This document shows, piece by piece, positions 49,707-60,316 of a stretch of DNA of 64,000 nt. Location of the stretch: IMG/VR virus record IMGVR_UViG_3300002835_000063, positions 32,001 to 96,000 of that record; one strand, 5' to 3'. Position 1 is the first letter of the stretch; every line of letters starts with the position of its first letter. The stretch is from a virus. A program made the translations under genes and the position numbers. The notes beneath the pieces are model-generated. The model saw only the letters and a program-made list of their open reading frames with translations, was not told the DNA's origin and did no database searches.

Positions 49707-50180
49707 TTAAGGAATTACTTGAACATTATAGGCTTCTGCTATTTTGGAGTCAACTTTAGCGGCTTGTTGCAATAACCGCTCAGCGACACTGGTCAAATAA
49801 TAAGATCCAGTTTTTTCGTCATATTTGTAGAGGGCATCGACTACAGTTTCGGGCATGTCGCTGACCTGAGCCCAATGACGGTATTTTTCGGGAAAAACTA
49901 AATCCAAGCTTCTGTCGGGCTGACACTCTTCGCAGGGCACAGCGTTTTTGGAAAGATTACTGGACGCACTTTCATTTAGTTTGTACTTTGAGACCAGATC
50001 GCAGGCAGCCCCGTGAAATATAAGAGAGACCCCAACTCGAGAAAGAATATAAGATCCACTTTCGGTTTTGTAGAGTTCGAACTCTATCCAACGATAAGCG
50101 CCCCTACGCTCCGACGTGGACTTGGCTAGTAGGGTGCCGTTAAATTGGAGAGTTCGATCTCCATCTCTTACTTCTAGCAT
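49707..50180 (-). CDS. hypothetical protein
   Basis: 157-aa ORF; RW.EF.LYKT.SG.Y motif; H...C...CxxC. Confidence 0.6.
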   Translation of the reverse strand: MLEVRDGDRTLQFNGTLLAKSTSERRGAYRWIEFELYKTESGSYILSRVGVSLIFHGAACDLVSKYKLNESASSNLSKNAVPCEECQPDRSLDLVFPEKYRHWAQVSDMPETVVDALYKYDEKTGSYYLTSVAERLLQQAAKVDSKIAEAYNVQVIP

Positions 50181-50353
50181 TAGATGTTTTTTTCTAGCTC
50201 AGCGATTCTGCTTCTTAGCTCCAAAACCAAAGCCTCGAGTTCTGTATTAACTAAAGTAGCTGTCACTAGTTTCTGTCTTGTAACGTTTAGAACTATAGAA
50301 AGATCTACGCTAACTTTTTCGTTATTTTCTGTATTTTCTGTATTTTCTGTCAT
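50180..50353 (-). CDS. 57-aa coiled-coil protein (absent from the ORF track)
   Basis: MTENTENTENNEKVSVDLSIVLNVTRQKLVTATLVNTELEALVLELRSRIAELEKNI; stop overlaps the next ATG. Confidence 0.65.
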   Translation of the reverse strand: MTENTENTENNEKVSVDLSIVLNVTRQKLVTATLVNTELEALVLELRSRIAELEKNI

Positions 50354-50354
50354 T

Positions 50355-53345
50355 TTATTGTCCTTCTAGTGATGTTATTCTAGCCTGTAATTCAGTAGTT
50401 TGCTGGGAAAGCTCCTGAATGGCTTTTGTTAGGTATGGAATAAGGCTCTGGTAGTCTAGGGTTTTTAGTGGCCCTTCACTTAAATCTATATCAGTTTCAA
50501 CTGATTCTACTGATATTTCCCCTACTATTCCTAAATCAGAACTAAATACTTCTTGCACCTCCTGAGCAATGAATCCAGGAAGACGCTTATCAATGTCATC
50601 CACTAAAGAGTCAAAGGTCACTGGATTCAGTTGATTTACAATAGAAAGTCCCTCGGATATAGTTTCTATTTGAGACTTAATTCTTCGGTCAGAAGAAGTT
50701 ACGTTTAGTGCAAGTCCGGAGCCATTCCAACGAACTATCGGGTTAGTGGTAGAGATTGTCATGGTTCCAACTACTACGGTTGACCCAGAGGTAATCGACC
50801 CGGTGGACGTGATAGTCCCATTAGACCCCATGGTTGCCCAGTTGCCGGTACCAACGCCGCTACGAACAAAGGTGTCTGCTTGAATAGATTGGGTGGCTGT
50901 AACAATTCCAACTACATCCAAATTACTGTTAAATGTTTCTCCCGGAGATAGGGAAATTCCAGAAGAATTGACGCTAAATATTGTTACTCCGCCAGTCTGA
51001 AAAGCTATTCCACTATTACCATTTAAAACTAAATTAGTAGACCCAGCAGAAACTTCACCTTTTTCAGCATTATCTGATCCATAAAATACTAAAGAATCGG
51101 TGCCTCCATCTAAAACTACGCGCTTTCCGCTGGAACCAGTTTGAATGTTGCCACCAGTGCTGGTTATGCTTCCAGAGGCGGTAAGAGATCCAGTGAGTCT
51201 GGCAGTATCAATGTAGACATCGTCTAAATATGCATCACCATTGCCATAAAATCTAAACTTAGTTCCACCTAGGCCATCAAATGCAAAAATACCGGGATCG
51301 CCTAAGCCGGTACCAGCCCCCCTAATTTCAATTCTTTGACTACCGGCAGGAGCCGTTCTAATAACACTAGAAAGAACTAAATCAGCGGCAAGTTTTCCTG
51401 CCGTAACCGCACCGGCATCAATTTTATCGGCTTCGACAGCTCCAGCATCAATCTTTACGGCAGTTACAGCGCCTGCATCAATTTTATCTGCAGTGACAGC
51501 ATTAGTGTCAATTTTGCCCGCTGTAATAGCACCCGTAGCTATGGTATTTGAGGTGACAGCATCAGCACCAATTTTTCCAGCAATAATAGCTCCGGCTGCA
51601 ATTTGGTCCGCTCCGATGGCGTTTGCCGCTATAGCATTTTGAACCACAACTCCGGGACCAAAAAGAGTAGACGCATTTATTGCACCATTAGCCAAAGCAC
51701 CAGCAGGAACAACTCCACCGTTAAATGGCCACTCGCTCAGTGCGGCGTAGACAAGATCTGTATCTACAAGAGGGGAAACTTGGGCGGTAACTTGCTCGGA
51801 GTATTGACCCTCTACGCCAGAGGTATCTACCAAAGATATTCTGATGTAGTAAGAGGTATTGTAGTTGAGATCAGTTAGAACATCAAAACCACCATCAGCA
51901 CCAAAGACTCTAGTACTCAAGGCTAGGTTAGCTGGCCCTGGAGTAAATCCAGGAGTCGTTGAAACATAGATTTTCATTACAACAATGTCAGCCTGAGCCG
52001 CAATGGTTGTACTAGGGCCAGTCTTTAGATTTCCATCCCAAGTAACTGTTATGGTGCCCAGTCTGCTGGTGGCTACCGGATTAGTTGGCTGGTAGTTAGT
52101 GTGATCGCCTGTTTTTTGCGTGGTTGTAATGCTGTCAGTGACTGCATTAGACTTTTCATTGCCGGAGTCATAGGCACGTAATTTAAAATAGTAAGTATTA
52201 CCAGGTAAAAACTTGTAGGCCGGACCAAAAGTAAAAGTAGTTAGAGTTGGATCCTCAAACTCTACGTCTGGGCCCCAGGGAGCTGAAGTACTTTCCCTCC
52301 AATTAAATATGTAACCAAGTAGGTCAGTTATGGGATTACCAGATTCACTGGTTGTTGGTGGAGTCCAAGTAGCAACGATTTCCGAGTAAGCTTGGTAATC
52401 AGCTCCAGCCACTTTTGGTGTTTCAGTAAGATTAAATGCTGTTGGAGGATTTGGCGGGTCACCATCACCAGGCAACGAAGCCGTGGATGAATCTACCCAA
52501 CGGATGCCGTCCCAAAAATAAATTTTATCTGTGGTTGTATCGGCCCATGTAGATCCTACAGCAGCATACTTTCTTGCTACTGGAAAAACATAGACTGGAT
52601 CGTCAGGGGTGACGTTACCAGTAGGAGTTACGACACCAGCAGCCAACGTGTAAACAATTGTTGTATCCGTAACAGAATCAATTCTAAAAAGCCCGTCAAG
52701 ACCATAAGCCCTAGAATCTTCGTTAAATATGTCAACAAAAATAATGTCGTCAGCTTTAAAGTGATGAGTGGCGTTCATTGTCAAGGTGACTGTAGTGCCA
52801 GTTATCGAAAAATAATCTACCAGTCTTCTTGTTTGAAACCGTCTTCGACTAGCCCACGTCGTAGGAGCCTGGGTATCAGGCTTATAAGAATACGTGTTGG
52901 TAATAGTGACACCAGCTAGCTGATCCTGGGTAGGGTCGTGTCTGTAGCTTCTTCCTGTCCAAGGCGGAGTGTCTACTTGTTTTACTGTAAAGTTGTCTCC
53001 CGTTGAATCTACTTCAAGATTGGACGCCCAGTGTACTCCCGAAACATGAAGTCTTTCCCCAACCGCTAAATTTAAATCAGACTGCGAGTATATTTCCACT
53101 CTGTCTTCCGCTAATCCAGTTAGAGCTTTTGGATACAACCATGCATCTTCCACTCTTCTCCACTGGAAAGGGGCATTAGCACTTACTACGGATTCGGGGA
53201 CCTCGACGGCCTCTCCAGCCTCCACAGCTGCAGCAACTTGATCGGAAGTTAGAAAGCTAACTGGTCTAAGTTCTACGGCTTTCACGCGTTGATCTAAACG
53301 ACTCATTAGAGTCGTAAGTTTTCTCCTACGTCTTCTAATTCCCAT
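50355..53345 (-). CDS. central tail fibre/host-specificity protein with FN3 domains and a C-terminal peptidase S74 chaperone
   Basis: PGNTYYFKLRAYD, LNYNTSYYIRI; AVTA.KIDAG repeats; SSDRRIKSQI...GFIAQEV...L.KAIQEL. Confidence 0.88.
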   Translation of the reverse strand: MGIRRRRRKLTTLMSRLDQRVKAVELRPVSFLTSDQVAAAVEAGEAVEVPESVVSANAPFQWRRVEDAWLYPKALTGLAEDRVEIYSQSDLNLAVGERLHVSGVHWASNLEVDSTGDNFTVKQVDTPPWTGRSYRHDPTQDQLAGVTITNTYSYKPDTQAPTTWASRRRFQTRRLVDYFSITGTTVTLTMNATHHFKADDIIFVDIFNEDSRAYGLDGLFRIDSVTDTTIVYTLAAGVVTPTGNVTPDDPVYVFPVARKYAAVGSTWADTTTDKIYFWDGIRWVDSSTASLPGDGDPPNPPTAFNLTETPKVAGADYQAYSEIVATWTPPTTSESGNPITDLLGYIFNWRESTSAPWGPDVEFEDPTLTTFTFGPAYKFLPGNTYYFKLRAYDSGNEKSNAVTDSITTTQKTGDHTNYQPTNPVATSRLGTITVTWDGNLKTGPSTTIAAQADIVVMKIYVSTTPGFTPGPANLALSTRVFGADGGFDVLTDLNYNTSYYIRISLVDTSGVEGQYSEQVTAQVSPLVDTDLVYAALSEWPFNGGVVPAGALANGAINASTLFGPGVVVQNAIAANAIGADQIAAGAIIAGKIGADAVTSNTIATGAITAGKIDTNAVTADKIDAGAVTAVKIDAGAVEADKIDAGAVTAGKLAADLVLSSVIRTAPAGSQRIEIRGAGTGLGDPGIFAFDGLGGTKFRFYGNGDAYLDDVYIDTARLTGSLTASGSITSTGGNIQTGSSGKRVVLDGGTDSLVFYGSDNAEKGEVSAGSTNLVLNGNSGIAFQTGGVTIFSVNSSGISLSPGETFNSNLDVVGIVTATQSIQADTFVRSGVGTGNWATMGSNGTITSTGSITSGSTVVVGTMTISTTNPIVRWNGSGLALNVTSSDRRIKSQIETISEGLSIVNQLNPVTFDSLVDDIDKRLPGFIAQEVQEVFSSDLGIVGEISVESVETDIDLSEGPLKTLDYQSLIPYLTKAIQELSQQTTELQARITSLEGQ

Positions 53346-55662
53346 TGAAAGCCTTTCCGTCTATAATTGTCACTCCAGATATTGGTACAGATGGTTCTGT
53401 AATTAGCTCTAAAGAAACTTCTTCCGGGTAGCTAGGCGAGTCTGGAATTGAGACAGAGTAAGAAACTATTTTTCTAACTAGCACTCCCGCGTCCGTTCCA
53501 TAGTCTTGCTCCAAGTAGCTATCTGCCCTCAGAGCAACAAAATCATCATTTAATTTTACCGAGCACCAGTCTCCCGGATTATAAGTTCCAAGCTTAGGAT
53601 TAGCAGAACCATTTACTGAAATAGTAAATGTACTAATTGGTGGAACTGACTCCTCTAAAAGTCTAGAAGCTTGCTTCCACAAAACAGTTTCATCTGCAGA
53701 ATCTAAATCTTCCGACTGATCCAAAATGGGCCAACCCTGCCTCAGTAGTTTATGATTAGAGGCCGCAGAATATGGCTGGCTTGCGTCGGAAGAAAGTCTT
53801 TCATCTCTTCCTTGAACAAAAAATCTGGTGGCAGACTCCTCAGCATTTTCCTCAAATTGAGCCTCGAGTATGTTCCCCGGAAACTCAAAAATTAAGCTAT
53901 TAGCTCCATAAGCACTTGCTGGAATTGGGCCAGAGTAGCCACTTCCTTGTTCTTCCAAGTAATCAGTCAAGCTAGCAGGAATTAAAGGTAAAAATTTAAA
54001 ATATTTTTTAAAGCTGTTAGTGACCTGATCGTACTCACAATCTACTCGATATTCAAAACCAGTAGGTTTGGTGGAGTACTCCTCAAAAATTTCAGCAACA
54101 GTTTTTAGCTCAAACCCTCTAATAATTGGGTTGGCTTCGCGATTGGAACTAAATTGGTCGTTGTAGCTTAGATCTAATCCGATATCTCCCAGAGTAGAAA
54201 ACTCTCCATAAGTTCCATACGTAACAGAAGCCCTACGTCTTGCAGTTGCAGTGAAGGCTGTCCCTACAGTTCCGCCAGACACATACGGAGCGGTAGTTGT
54301 TCCACCAACGGTTATAGAGTCATTGTCTGCAGTAATAATTGTGTAAGTTCCGTTGTAGGCAGAAGGATTGACAGAAGAAACTTTAATTACCTGCCCGGCT
54401 GCAAAATCATTTTCCGCAAAACTAATAGTTATAGAGGTACCATTTCCAGATATCCCAGTGATGGCTTGCGGGCTAAGTTCGGTATAGCTTTTAGCTATGT
54501 TTGTTCCAACTTGTACAATCTTAAATTCAGTATTGGAAGAAGGATTATCTGGATCCTCGTAAATTCTGTAGTAGCCATCAAATGTCTGGCTAACATTTTC
54601 TATATAAACAATGTCATTTTCTTCAAATGGATGATTTGTGGTCGTTTCGTAGGTAGCAATATTTCCATTTCGCTTAAAGCTCGAAACTGTAACCGAGTAA
54701 TTAGATTCATTAGTGCTGGCTAGATTATTGCCATTATTTGAGTAAGTAAAAGTGTAGTCATCGACTACAGCAAGAACAACTGCTTCTTCATTATCAAAAC
54801 TAGAGTCTGCTTGTATATCAGATATAACTACTTTTTGACCAGGAACTAGTTCGTGCTTTTTTGTACTGATGATAGTGGCCACATTTGATGACCTAGAGAC
54901 TGAAGCTATCTCATTAAAGAGAGTTATTCCTGGTCTGATTGCGTCATTGGCAAAATCAAAATCAAACAAATCCGTCTCAAGCTCGCGAAGTAGATCTTGA
55001 GCATATTGATAAGTATCTTGACGAGTTTGAATTGTGATTGGGTTTTCTGGGCCCATTGGAATTTGCGGAATTGTTTTATCAGTGCCGGTAGCAGCATCTG
55101 TGTACTTAGCTTCTACAGTAATTACAGACTTACCTTGTCCATTTGTAGAAGCGGTCAGAACTGGGAAGTATCCACTATAGAGTGCGTAGTCTCCGGTCCA
55201 GGAAATATAAACAGGTTCCCCGACAGTAAAGTTGTACTGACCACCTGTAAGGGTTGCCGTTAGGGTAGTTCCGGAGATTTCTCCAGTTGCTTCATAGGAA
55301 CTATTCCAAGTCTTCCAAACAATTCTGTGAGAAAGATAACTTGTAAATTCAGCTGCCGACACAGAAACAATTTTGTCGACCAAGCTATAAGTTCTAGACC
55401 AAATAATGCCGCCCCAAACGCAAATTCCGTCTCTAACAACGTATAGAGCTGTTTTTGCGGGCAATGTGTTTTCATAAATGTTTAAGTTATAAGTATCTGG
55501 GGTAACTGCAATGTCACCAGTAAAAGTTCCAGCTTCGGTGAGCGACCTAGAGTAGGAAACGCTTCTAAACGGAATTTCAGCTAAAAGCTGGTTGGTCATA
55601 AGGTCGCAGACAAAATAGCGATAGTTCACAGACTGATTGTCTGGTGAAGTAGTTATTGGCAT
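53335..55662 (-). CDS. minor tail protein (baseplate hub/Tal-like)
   Basis: Follows Dit; SYSRSL..AGTF.G.I; VWGGIIW.R. Confidence 0.82.
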   Translation of the reverse strand: MPITTSPDNQSVNYRYFVCDLMTNQLLAEIPFRSVSYSRSLTEAGTFTGDIAVTPDTYNLNIYENTLPAKTALYVVRDGICVWGGIIWSRTYSLVDKIVSVSAAEFTSYLSHRIVWKTWNSSYEATGEISGTTLTATLTGGQYNFTVGEPVYISWTGDYALYSGYFPVLTASTNGQGKSVITVEAKYTDAATGTDKTIPQIPMGPENPITIQTRQDTYQYAQDLLRELETDLFDFDFANDAIRPGITLFNEIASVSRSSNVATIISTKKHELVPGQKVVISDIQADSSFDNEEAVVLAVVDDYTFTYSNNGNNLASTNESNYSVTVSSFKRNGNIATYETTTNHPFEENDIVYIENVSQTFDGYYRIYEDPDNPSSNTEFKIVQVGTNIAKSYTELSPQAITGISGNGTSITISFAENDFAAGQVIKVSSVNPSAYNGTYTIITADNDSITVGGTTTAPYVSGGTVGTAFTATARRRASVTYGTYGEFSTLGDIGLDLSYNDQFSSNREANPIIRGFELKTVAEIFEEYSTKPTGFEYRVDCEYDQVTNSFKKYFKFLPLIPASLTDYLEEQGSGYSGPIPASAYGANSLIFEFPGNILEAQFEENAEESATRFFVQGRDERLSSDASQPYSAASNHKLLRQGWPILDQSEDLDSADETVLWKQASRLLEESVPPISTFTISVNGSANPKLGTYNPGDWCSVKLNDDFVALRADSYLEQDYGTDAGVLVRKIVSYSVSIPDSPSYPEEVSLELITEPSVPISGVTIIDGKAFNGN

Positions 55663-55697
55663 TTTTGTCCTTAGTTGTCTTTACTCTATTTTAGCAG

Positions 55698-56873
55698 CTA
55701 GCCGATCCAACCAGACCTGTAGTAAATCGTGCAAGTGCTCCCTGCAGGAAAGGCAGAGATAGTTATTGTGTTCGTTCCGGGCTCTAGATATATCCAATCA
55801 ATTAAAACTGAAGCTTTTTCTCTAGCGTTGGCAGTGTTTAAAAGCACTGCTGACTGGCCTCCGCTCACATAAGACGCCGTGACAGTGCTGGCCACAGTAA
55901 AGGTATTTCCAGAAGTTGCTATTACTTCTGCATCTATTACATCTAACGAAGAGGGAGTGATTCCAGTAACAGAAACAAGGGTTCCCTCAGCGGCTCCGCT
56001 GGCAGTAGCCGTTGTGTAGACAACATTTGCACCATTGCCGACAACATTAGCTATGTTTGCATAGTTGTACTCTACGGCCAAGACCTCGCGGTTGTATGTG
56101 TCTATCTCAAGTCTTGTACTTGCTCCGGTGCCAGCAACAATAGTTATTGACTGGTCATTCTCGGTGTTGGTGATAGTAGGAGTCGTGTTGGCTGCAACAG
56201 TGAATGCTTTGGAAAGCTCTATGATTACTGGAACTGCTACGTTTCCGGTGTTTATAACATTTGCTTGGCCAGTTCCTCCACCAGACGCCGTTATTGTGGT
56301 GTAGTTGTAGCCATCGTAATTTCCATCTACGTATTCGTATTTGATAGGGTCTACTGCTTTTAATCCAATTGAGAAATCATGGCGACCACGGGCATTAACG
56401 CTTGAGATTTGGGGGACGCCACTAAGCCTTACATAGGCAGCTCTACCGTTTTCGTTGGTGCCGTCCTCATAAACTATTAGCCAGCCGCCCGTTTTGATGA
56501 GGCTGATTGCCTCGATAAGAGCATTTCTAGCGGCAGGGGCATCCTCGGGAGACTGAGGCAAAAAGGATCCATTCAAAGTTATTAAACGATTCGCCCAGCG
56601 GCCTACGGCATCATAAGATCCGTCCCCCCAGCCTCGAGGCAAATCTGGCAATTCTGATTCTGGAAGATTCCACCAACCATCTATGTCTGTTACAACCCAA
56701 ACAACATTGTTCGCATCAATTGTGTTTAAAGTGAGACCGTTGATTTCTACATCAGCGTTTAATTTAAGCCCAGAGAGGTAGGGTTCTGGGAGTGGAGTAA
56801 GAGACGTTCTTACAATTTTGTTTTCTTCGCCTTGGTTTACCGTACCACTTACTTGATCATAATATTCAGGCAT
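55698..56873 (-). CDS. distal tail protein (Dit-like)
   Basis: Follows TMP; IDGWW, R.ITL.G, L.A.DP.KY, W..L.PG.N.I. Confidence 0.85.
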   Translation of the reverse strand: MPEYYDQVSGTVNQGEENKIVRTSLTPLPEPYLSGLKLNADVEINGLTLNTIDANNVVWVVTDIDGWWNLPESELPDLPRGWGDGSYDAVGRWANRLITLNGSFLPQSPEDAPAARNALIEAISLIKTGGWLIVYEDGTNENGRAAYVRLSGVPQISSVNARGRHDFSIGLKAVDPIKYEYVDGNYDGYNYTTITASGGGTGQANVINTGNVAVPVIIELSKAFTVAANTTPTITNTENDQSITIVAGTGASTRLEIDTYNREVLAVEYNYANIANVVGNGANVVYTTATASGAAEGTLVSVTGITPSSLDVIDAEVIATSGNTFTVASTVTASYVSGGQSAVLLNTANAREKASVLIDWIYLEPGTNTITISAFPAGSTCTIYYRSGWIG

Positions 56874-59491
56874 TAGACCGTACCCCTCTTAATTTCAAAT
56901 GCTATGCGTCTAGAAACTAGTGCAGCTAGTTCGCGCTCATCCATACCCGGAGACGGGTTGACAGTAATGTTAATGCCGCCGCCAGCGCCTCGTAGAGCAC
57001 CAATCATTGCATAATCTCTCTTAGATAGGCCGTTTGCATCTAGTGGCTCTACACGCTCTGGTCTACCAGCTTCAGCAATCTGAGCCAAAGTTCCGCCACG
57101 AGAAGGCATGACAACACCACCGGCAGCCAGCTGCGGGACACGGCCCAGCTTAACTTTAGCAATTGGCGAGAAAGTTAAACCAATACCAAAAGTTTTGGAA
57201 AGCAAGTTTCCAAAGTCCCTAAGACCACCAAATAAATTATTAATTCCATCAATAAAGAAATTAATAAATCCTTCTGCTTTAGCAATTAAAAAGTTCATTA
57301 CGTTAGCCCAAACTCTGACAAGAGTTTTTCCTGGATCATTGAAAAGATCGGATATAAAGCTACCGATACCGCCTAATATGTCTAGGAATCCATTCCAAGC
57401 TCCGGTTATAAAATCAACAAATCCTTGCCATATTTGTTTTCCAACTTCTGTCTGTGTAAAGAACATTTGCAGTCCAGTGATTAGAAGTCCAATTACAAGA
57501 CCCCAAGGACCCCCGAGGAATCTAAGCAAGACGCCGCCAAATGTGCGTATAGTGGCAAAGACTCCAGCAATAGCTGCTTGGAATCCTGGAGCTATCATTC
57601 CTAAAAACTTCCACGCAAGCTTGAAACCACTAACAATACCCCCAACAGTGAGTAGAAAGTTAATTGCTGTTCCAACAATTGCCATAAAGAAGAACTTTAT
57701 TTGATCTAAAATAAAACCAATTGCTGTAAAAAATGCAAATACGCGAGCAATATCATCCAAGAATGGTTTGACAAGATCGCTACCAAAGAAGTCTGCTAGA
57801 GGTGCAACAAAAGAATTAAGAGTTTCGAAGAATACTGTTGGAGCACCTTCGTCAGCAAATGCAGCGAACAGCTCTCCCAGACTAACAATTAGGTCTCCTA
57901 AAGCAGGAGCAGCATCTGCAAAGGACTGGAAAATGCTGTCCCAGTTGGACTGATTTTCTTCGCTAGCCAGTTTTTCGAAGAATTCACCGATCGCTGGATT
58001 AGCTCCTAGTTTTAGGAAAGACTCTACGACTTGACCTAAAAAGTCTACAACGGGACCAAAGTTATCTGCCAAACCTTTAAAAGTTTGACCTAGCTCGCGG
58101 CCATTCGCAGAAACGTTTCCGTTTTCGTCAATTAGGCTAGCAAACCCGCCTGTAATTTTTTCAAAATAGTCAAGAATTGAATCAATGGCACCACTGTCAT
58201 TTAGAACAGTAAAGAAGTCACCAAGACCATTTATGATGTTTCCAATAATTCCAAAAATTCTAGTTCCGGTAGCATACGCATCACCAAACACCGATTCCAA
58301 CCCAAATTCATCTAGATAGGTGTTCCACTCAACTAATGTATCCCTAACAAAAGTTAGGAACTGAGTACCAATACCATCGGCATCATTGAAAACTTTAAGT
58401 AGAACCTCTCCCAGTTCCCCTAAGATTTCTCCAATTAAAGGAATATTTTCTTCTAGGTTTTTAAAGAATGTTTCTACTTCTGCTTTGGCGCTATCAGTTA
58501 AGAAGTTGTCAGTGAAATTAATTGCGCCTTTACCTAGAGCATCTCCTATTTTGTCAAAAGCTGCTTCTAGACTCGGGAAGTAGAAAGATACAAGTTTTTC
58601 AATTTGGGTCTGAAGAACTGGTAGAAATCCAGAAGCAACTTTTTCTTTTAATATGTCTAGCTTTGGCCTGAGCCCAACCAAATACCTGGCAAACTTTTCT
58701 TGAGATTTAGTTAAGCCGGCATATGGATCTCCGCCCGCCCCCTGAGCTAAAGCTTCGGGGCCCTTAGCTACTTCCTCGTTTAAGTCTTTAGTTCTATCTT
58801 TTGCTCGTCTGTAAGCAAGCTCAGCTTCTTCATATGTCAGCTGAGCGTCGCGTCTTGCAGCCGAATTAGGTGGGAGGTCCGCGGTACGTCTTAGGTTTTC
58901 AAGGGCATTTTCTAGATTAAGAGCTGCTCTAGATTCAGAAAGCGCTGCCTCTTCTGCCTGAAATTGTAGCTGCTGAAACTCTTCTCGTAGTTCTTTTATA
59001 GATTTACCTAGGCCGCCAGTTTGTTTAGTTGCAGCACTAACCGCTTGGCTTATACCACCTAAAGCAAAACTAGCAAAAGCAAATGATAAACGTAACTGTA
59101 AAAAGGCAGACGCCAATCCAGCCACAGCCGGTAAGGCTCTGCCCACCGCGGCTACTAATGTAACTAATCCACCAATTAGCGCACTGACACCGCCAAGCAG
59201 TGCAGTTAGGCCAGTACCGAGGGTGTAGCTTGTTCTAACTAAAGATTTAAATTGTTCAGCTGCCTGTTGAGCCTCTGGATACATAGTCTTAAGTCCAGTG
59301 GCCACTCTCTGAAAAACATTGCCGGAACCAGTAGTAAATCCTCTGGAGAAAGCCTTACCTAAACTTTCTCCAGTACGCCTTCCAGATCCATCAATGCTTC
59401 CAGCCATGGCTTGTAGCTGACGCCTTAGCTGAGCATCAAAGCCTGTCGTAATAGCTTTTACGATAATATTAGCTTCGCCAACTACTGCCAT
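56873..59491 (-). CDS. tape measure protein
   Basis: 872 aa, helical Ala/Gly/Phe-rich, C-terminal LAAGGVV...AEAGRPE.V.PL. Confidence 0.92.
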   Translation of the reverse strand: MAVVGEANIIVKAITTGFDAQLRRQLQAMAGSIDGSGRRTGESLGKAFSRGFTTGSGNVFQRVATGLKTMYPEAQQAAEQFKSLVRTSYTLGTGLTALLGGVSALIGGLVTLVAAVGRALPAVAGLASAFLQLRLSFAFASFALGGISQAVSAATKQTGGLGKSIKELREEFQQLQFQAEEAALSESRAALNLENALENLRRTADLPPNSAARRDAQLTYEEAELAYRRAKDRTKDLNEEVAKGPEALAQGAGGDPYAGLTKSQEKFARYLVGLRPKLDILKEKVASGFLPVLQTQIEKLVSFYFPSLEAAFDKIGDALGKGAINFTDNFLTDSAKAEVETFFKNLEENIPLIGEILGELGEVLLKVFNDADGIGTQFLTFVRDTLVEWNTYLDEFGLESVFGDAYATGTRIFGIIGNIINGLGDFFTVLNDSGAIDSILDYFEKITGGFASLIDENGNVSANGRELGQTFKGLADNFGPVVDFLGQVVESFLKLGANPAIGEFFEKLASEENQSNWDSIFQSFADAAPALGDLIVSLGELFAAFADEGAPTVFFETLNSFVAPLADFFGSDLVKPFLDDIARVFAFFTAIGFILDQIKFFFMAIVGTAINFLLTVGGIVSGFKLAWKFLGMIAPGFQAAIAGVFATIRTFGGVLLRFLGGPWGLVIGLLITGLQMFFTQTEVGKQIWQGFVDFITGAWNGFLDILGGIGSFISDLFNDPGKTLVRVWANVMNFLIAKAEGFINFFIDGINNLFGGLRDFGNLLSKTFGIGLTFSPIAKVKLGRVPQLAAGGVVMPSRGGTLAQIAEAGRPERVEPLDANGLSKRDYAMIGALRGAGGGINITVNPSPGMDERELAALVSRRIAFEIKRGTV

Positions 59492-59504
59492 TTATGTCAC
59501 CTCC

Positions 59505-59921
59505 CTAACCTAACGGAGCACCTATATCAGAGCCAAAAGGCATAAACGAATCTGGATCAAACTCCGTTGGAGGAATGTATGGTTTTGTTTCTTTGTTGGT
59601 AAATAACGGATCATCAAAATCAAAGTCATTTGAAGCATTTTTAGGAATGTAAGATCTGCCAGACTGCTTAGATGAAGAAGAAACCGCGTATCTATAGGTC
59701 TTGTTGTAAGTCTTATAGAGCTGAGTACGCAAAGAACTTACAGCTTCTGCTTCTTCGGCAGAACTATATCTAGAATCTGTCTCAAACAGATAATGGATAA
59801 CATCAATCATTTCAGATGCCTCCATTTCTAGTAATCTCAATCCGTTAGCAAGGGCCTTACCGTTTACGTATGGCCAGAGGTCATCCGCCCAGGTTAGGAG
59901 ACTTCTGGCTGCTGATTTGGG
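59505..59921 (-). CDS. tail assembly chaperone, -1 frame extension (gpGT-like)
   Basis: Open -1 frame from the slippery site reads PKSAARSLLTWADDLWPYVNGKALANGLRLLEM... Confidence 0.8.
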   Translation of the reverse strand, partial: PKSAARSLLTWADDLWPYVNGKALANGLRLLEMEASEMIDVIHYLFETDSRYSSAEEAEAVSSLRTQLYKTYNKTYRYAVSSSSKQSGRSYIPKNASNDFDFDDPLFTNKETKPYIPPTEFDPDSFMPFGSDIGAPLG

Positions 59922-60232
59922 CGTCCGGAGTACTCCTCAACCAGCCACGCAATAATTTCTCCCAGTGTTTCCATGGTTACAATTCGCTCTTTGTCTTCCA
60001 ACAGAGCATTGAATCTCTCAAGGCTTTCATCAACTAAAATCTTGGAGAAAAATGTGCTAATAACGCTTAGAGCCTCTACGGAGCTCTCAGATTGAGACTT
60101 AGTAACCATATCCATCAAAACTTTTCCTTGAAGTACGGGAATGCAGGTAAATTCCTCGCCGTGGATTTTAAATACAATAGCCTCTTTATCTCCAACGCTA
60201 GCGCCAGAGCCAAAGTCTTTATATCTACTCAT
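59894..60232 (-). CDS. tail assembly chaperone (gpG-like)
   Basis: Position before TMP; ends WLVEEYSGRP. Confidence 0.85.
   Translation of the reverse strand: MSRYKDFGSGASVGDKEAIVFKIHGEEFTCIPVLQGKVLMDMVTKSQSESSVEALSVISTFFSKILVDESLERFNALLEDKERIVTMETLGEIIAWLVEEYSGRPNQQPEVS
59915..59921 (-). other. programmed -1 frameshift heptamer C CCA AAT
   Basis: X XXY YYZ in the chaperone reading frame, a few codons before its stop. Confidence 0.85.
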
Positions 60233-60316
60233 GTTTTTGTGTCCTTTATAAATAGTGTCTTTACTGGATTTTCCAGCACTACTATTGTACCCGAGTAGGG
60301 ATCTGTCTTATTTGGA

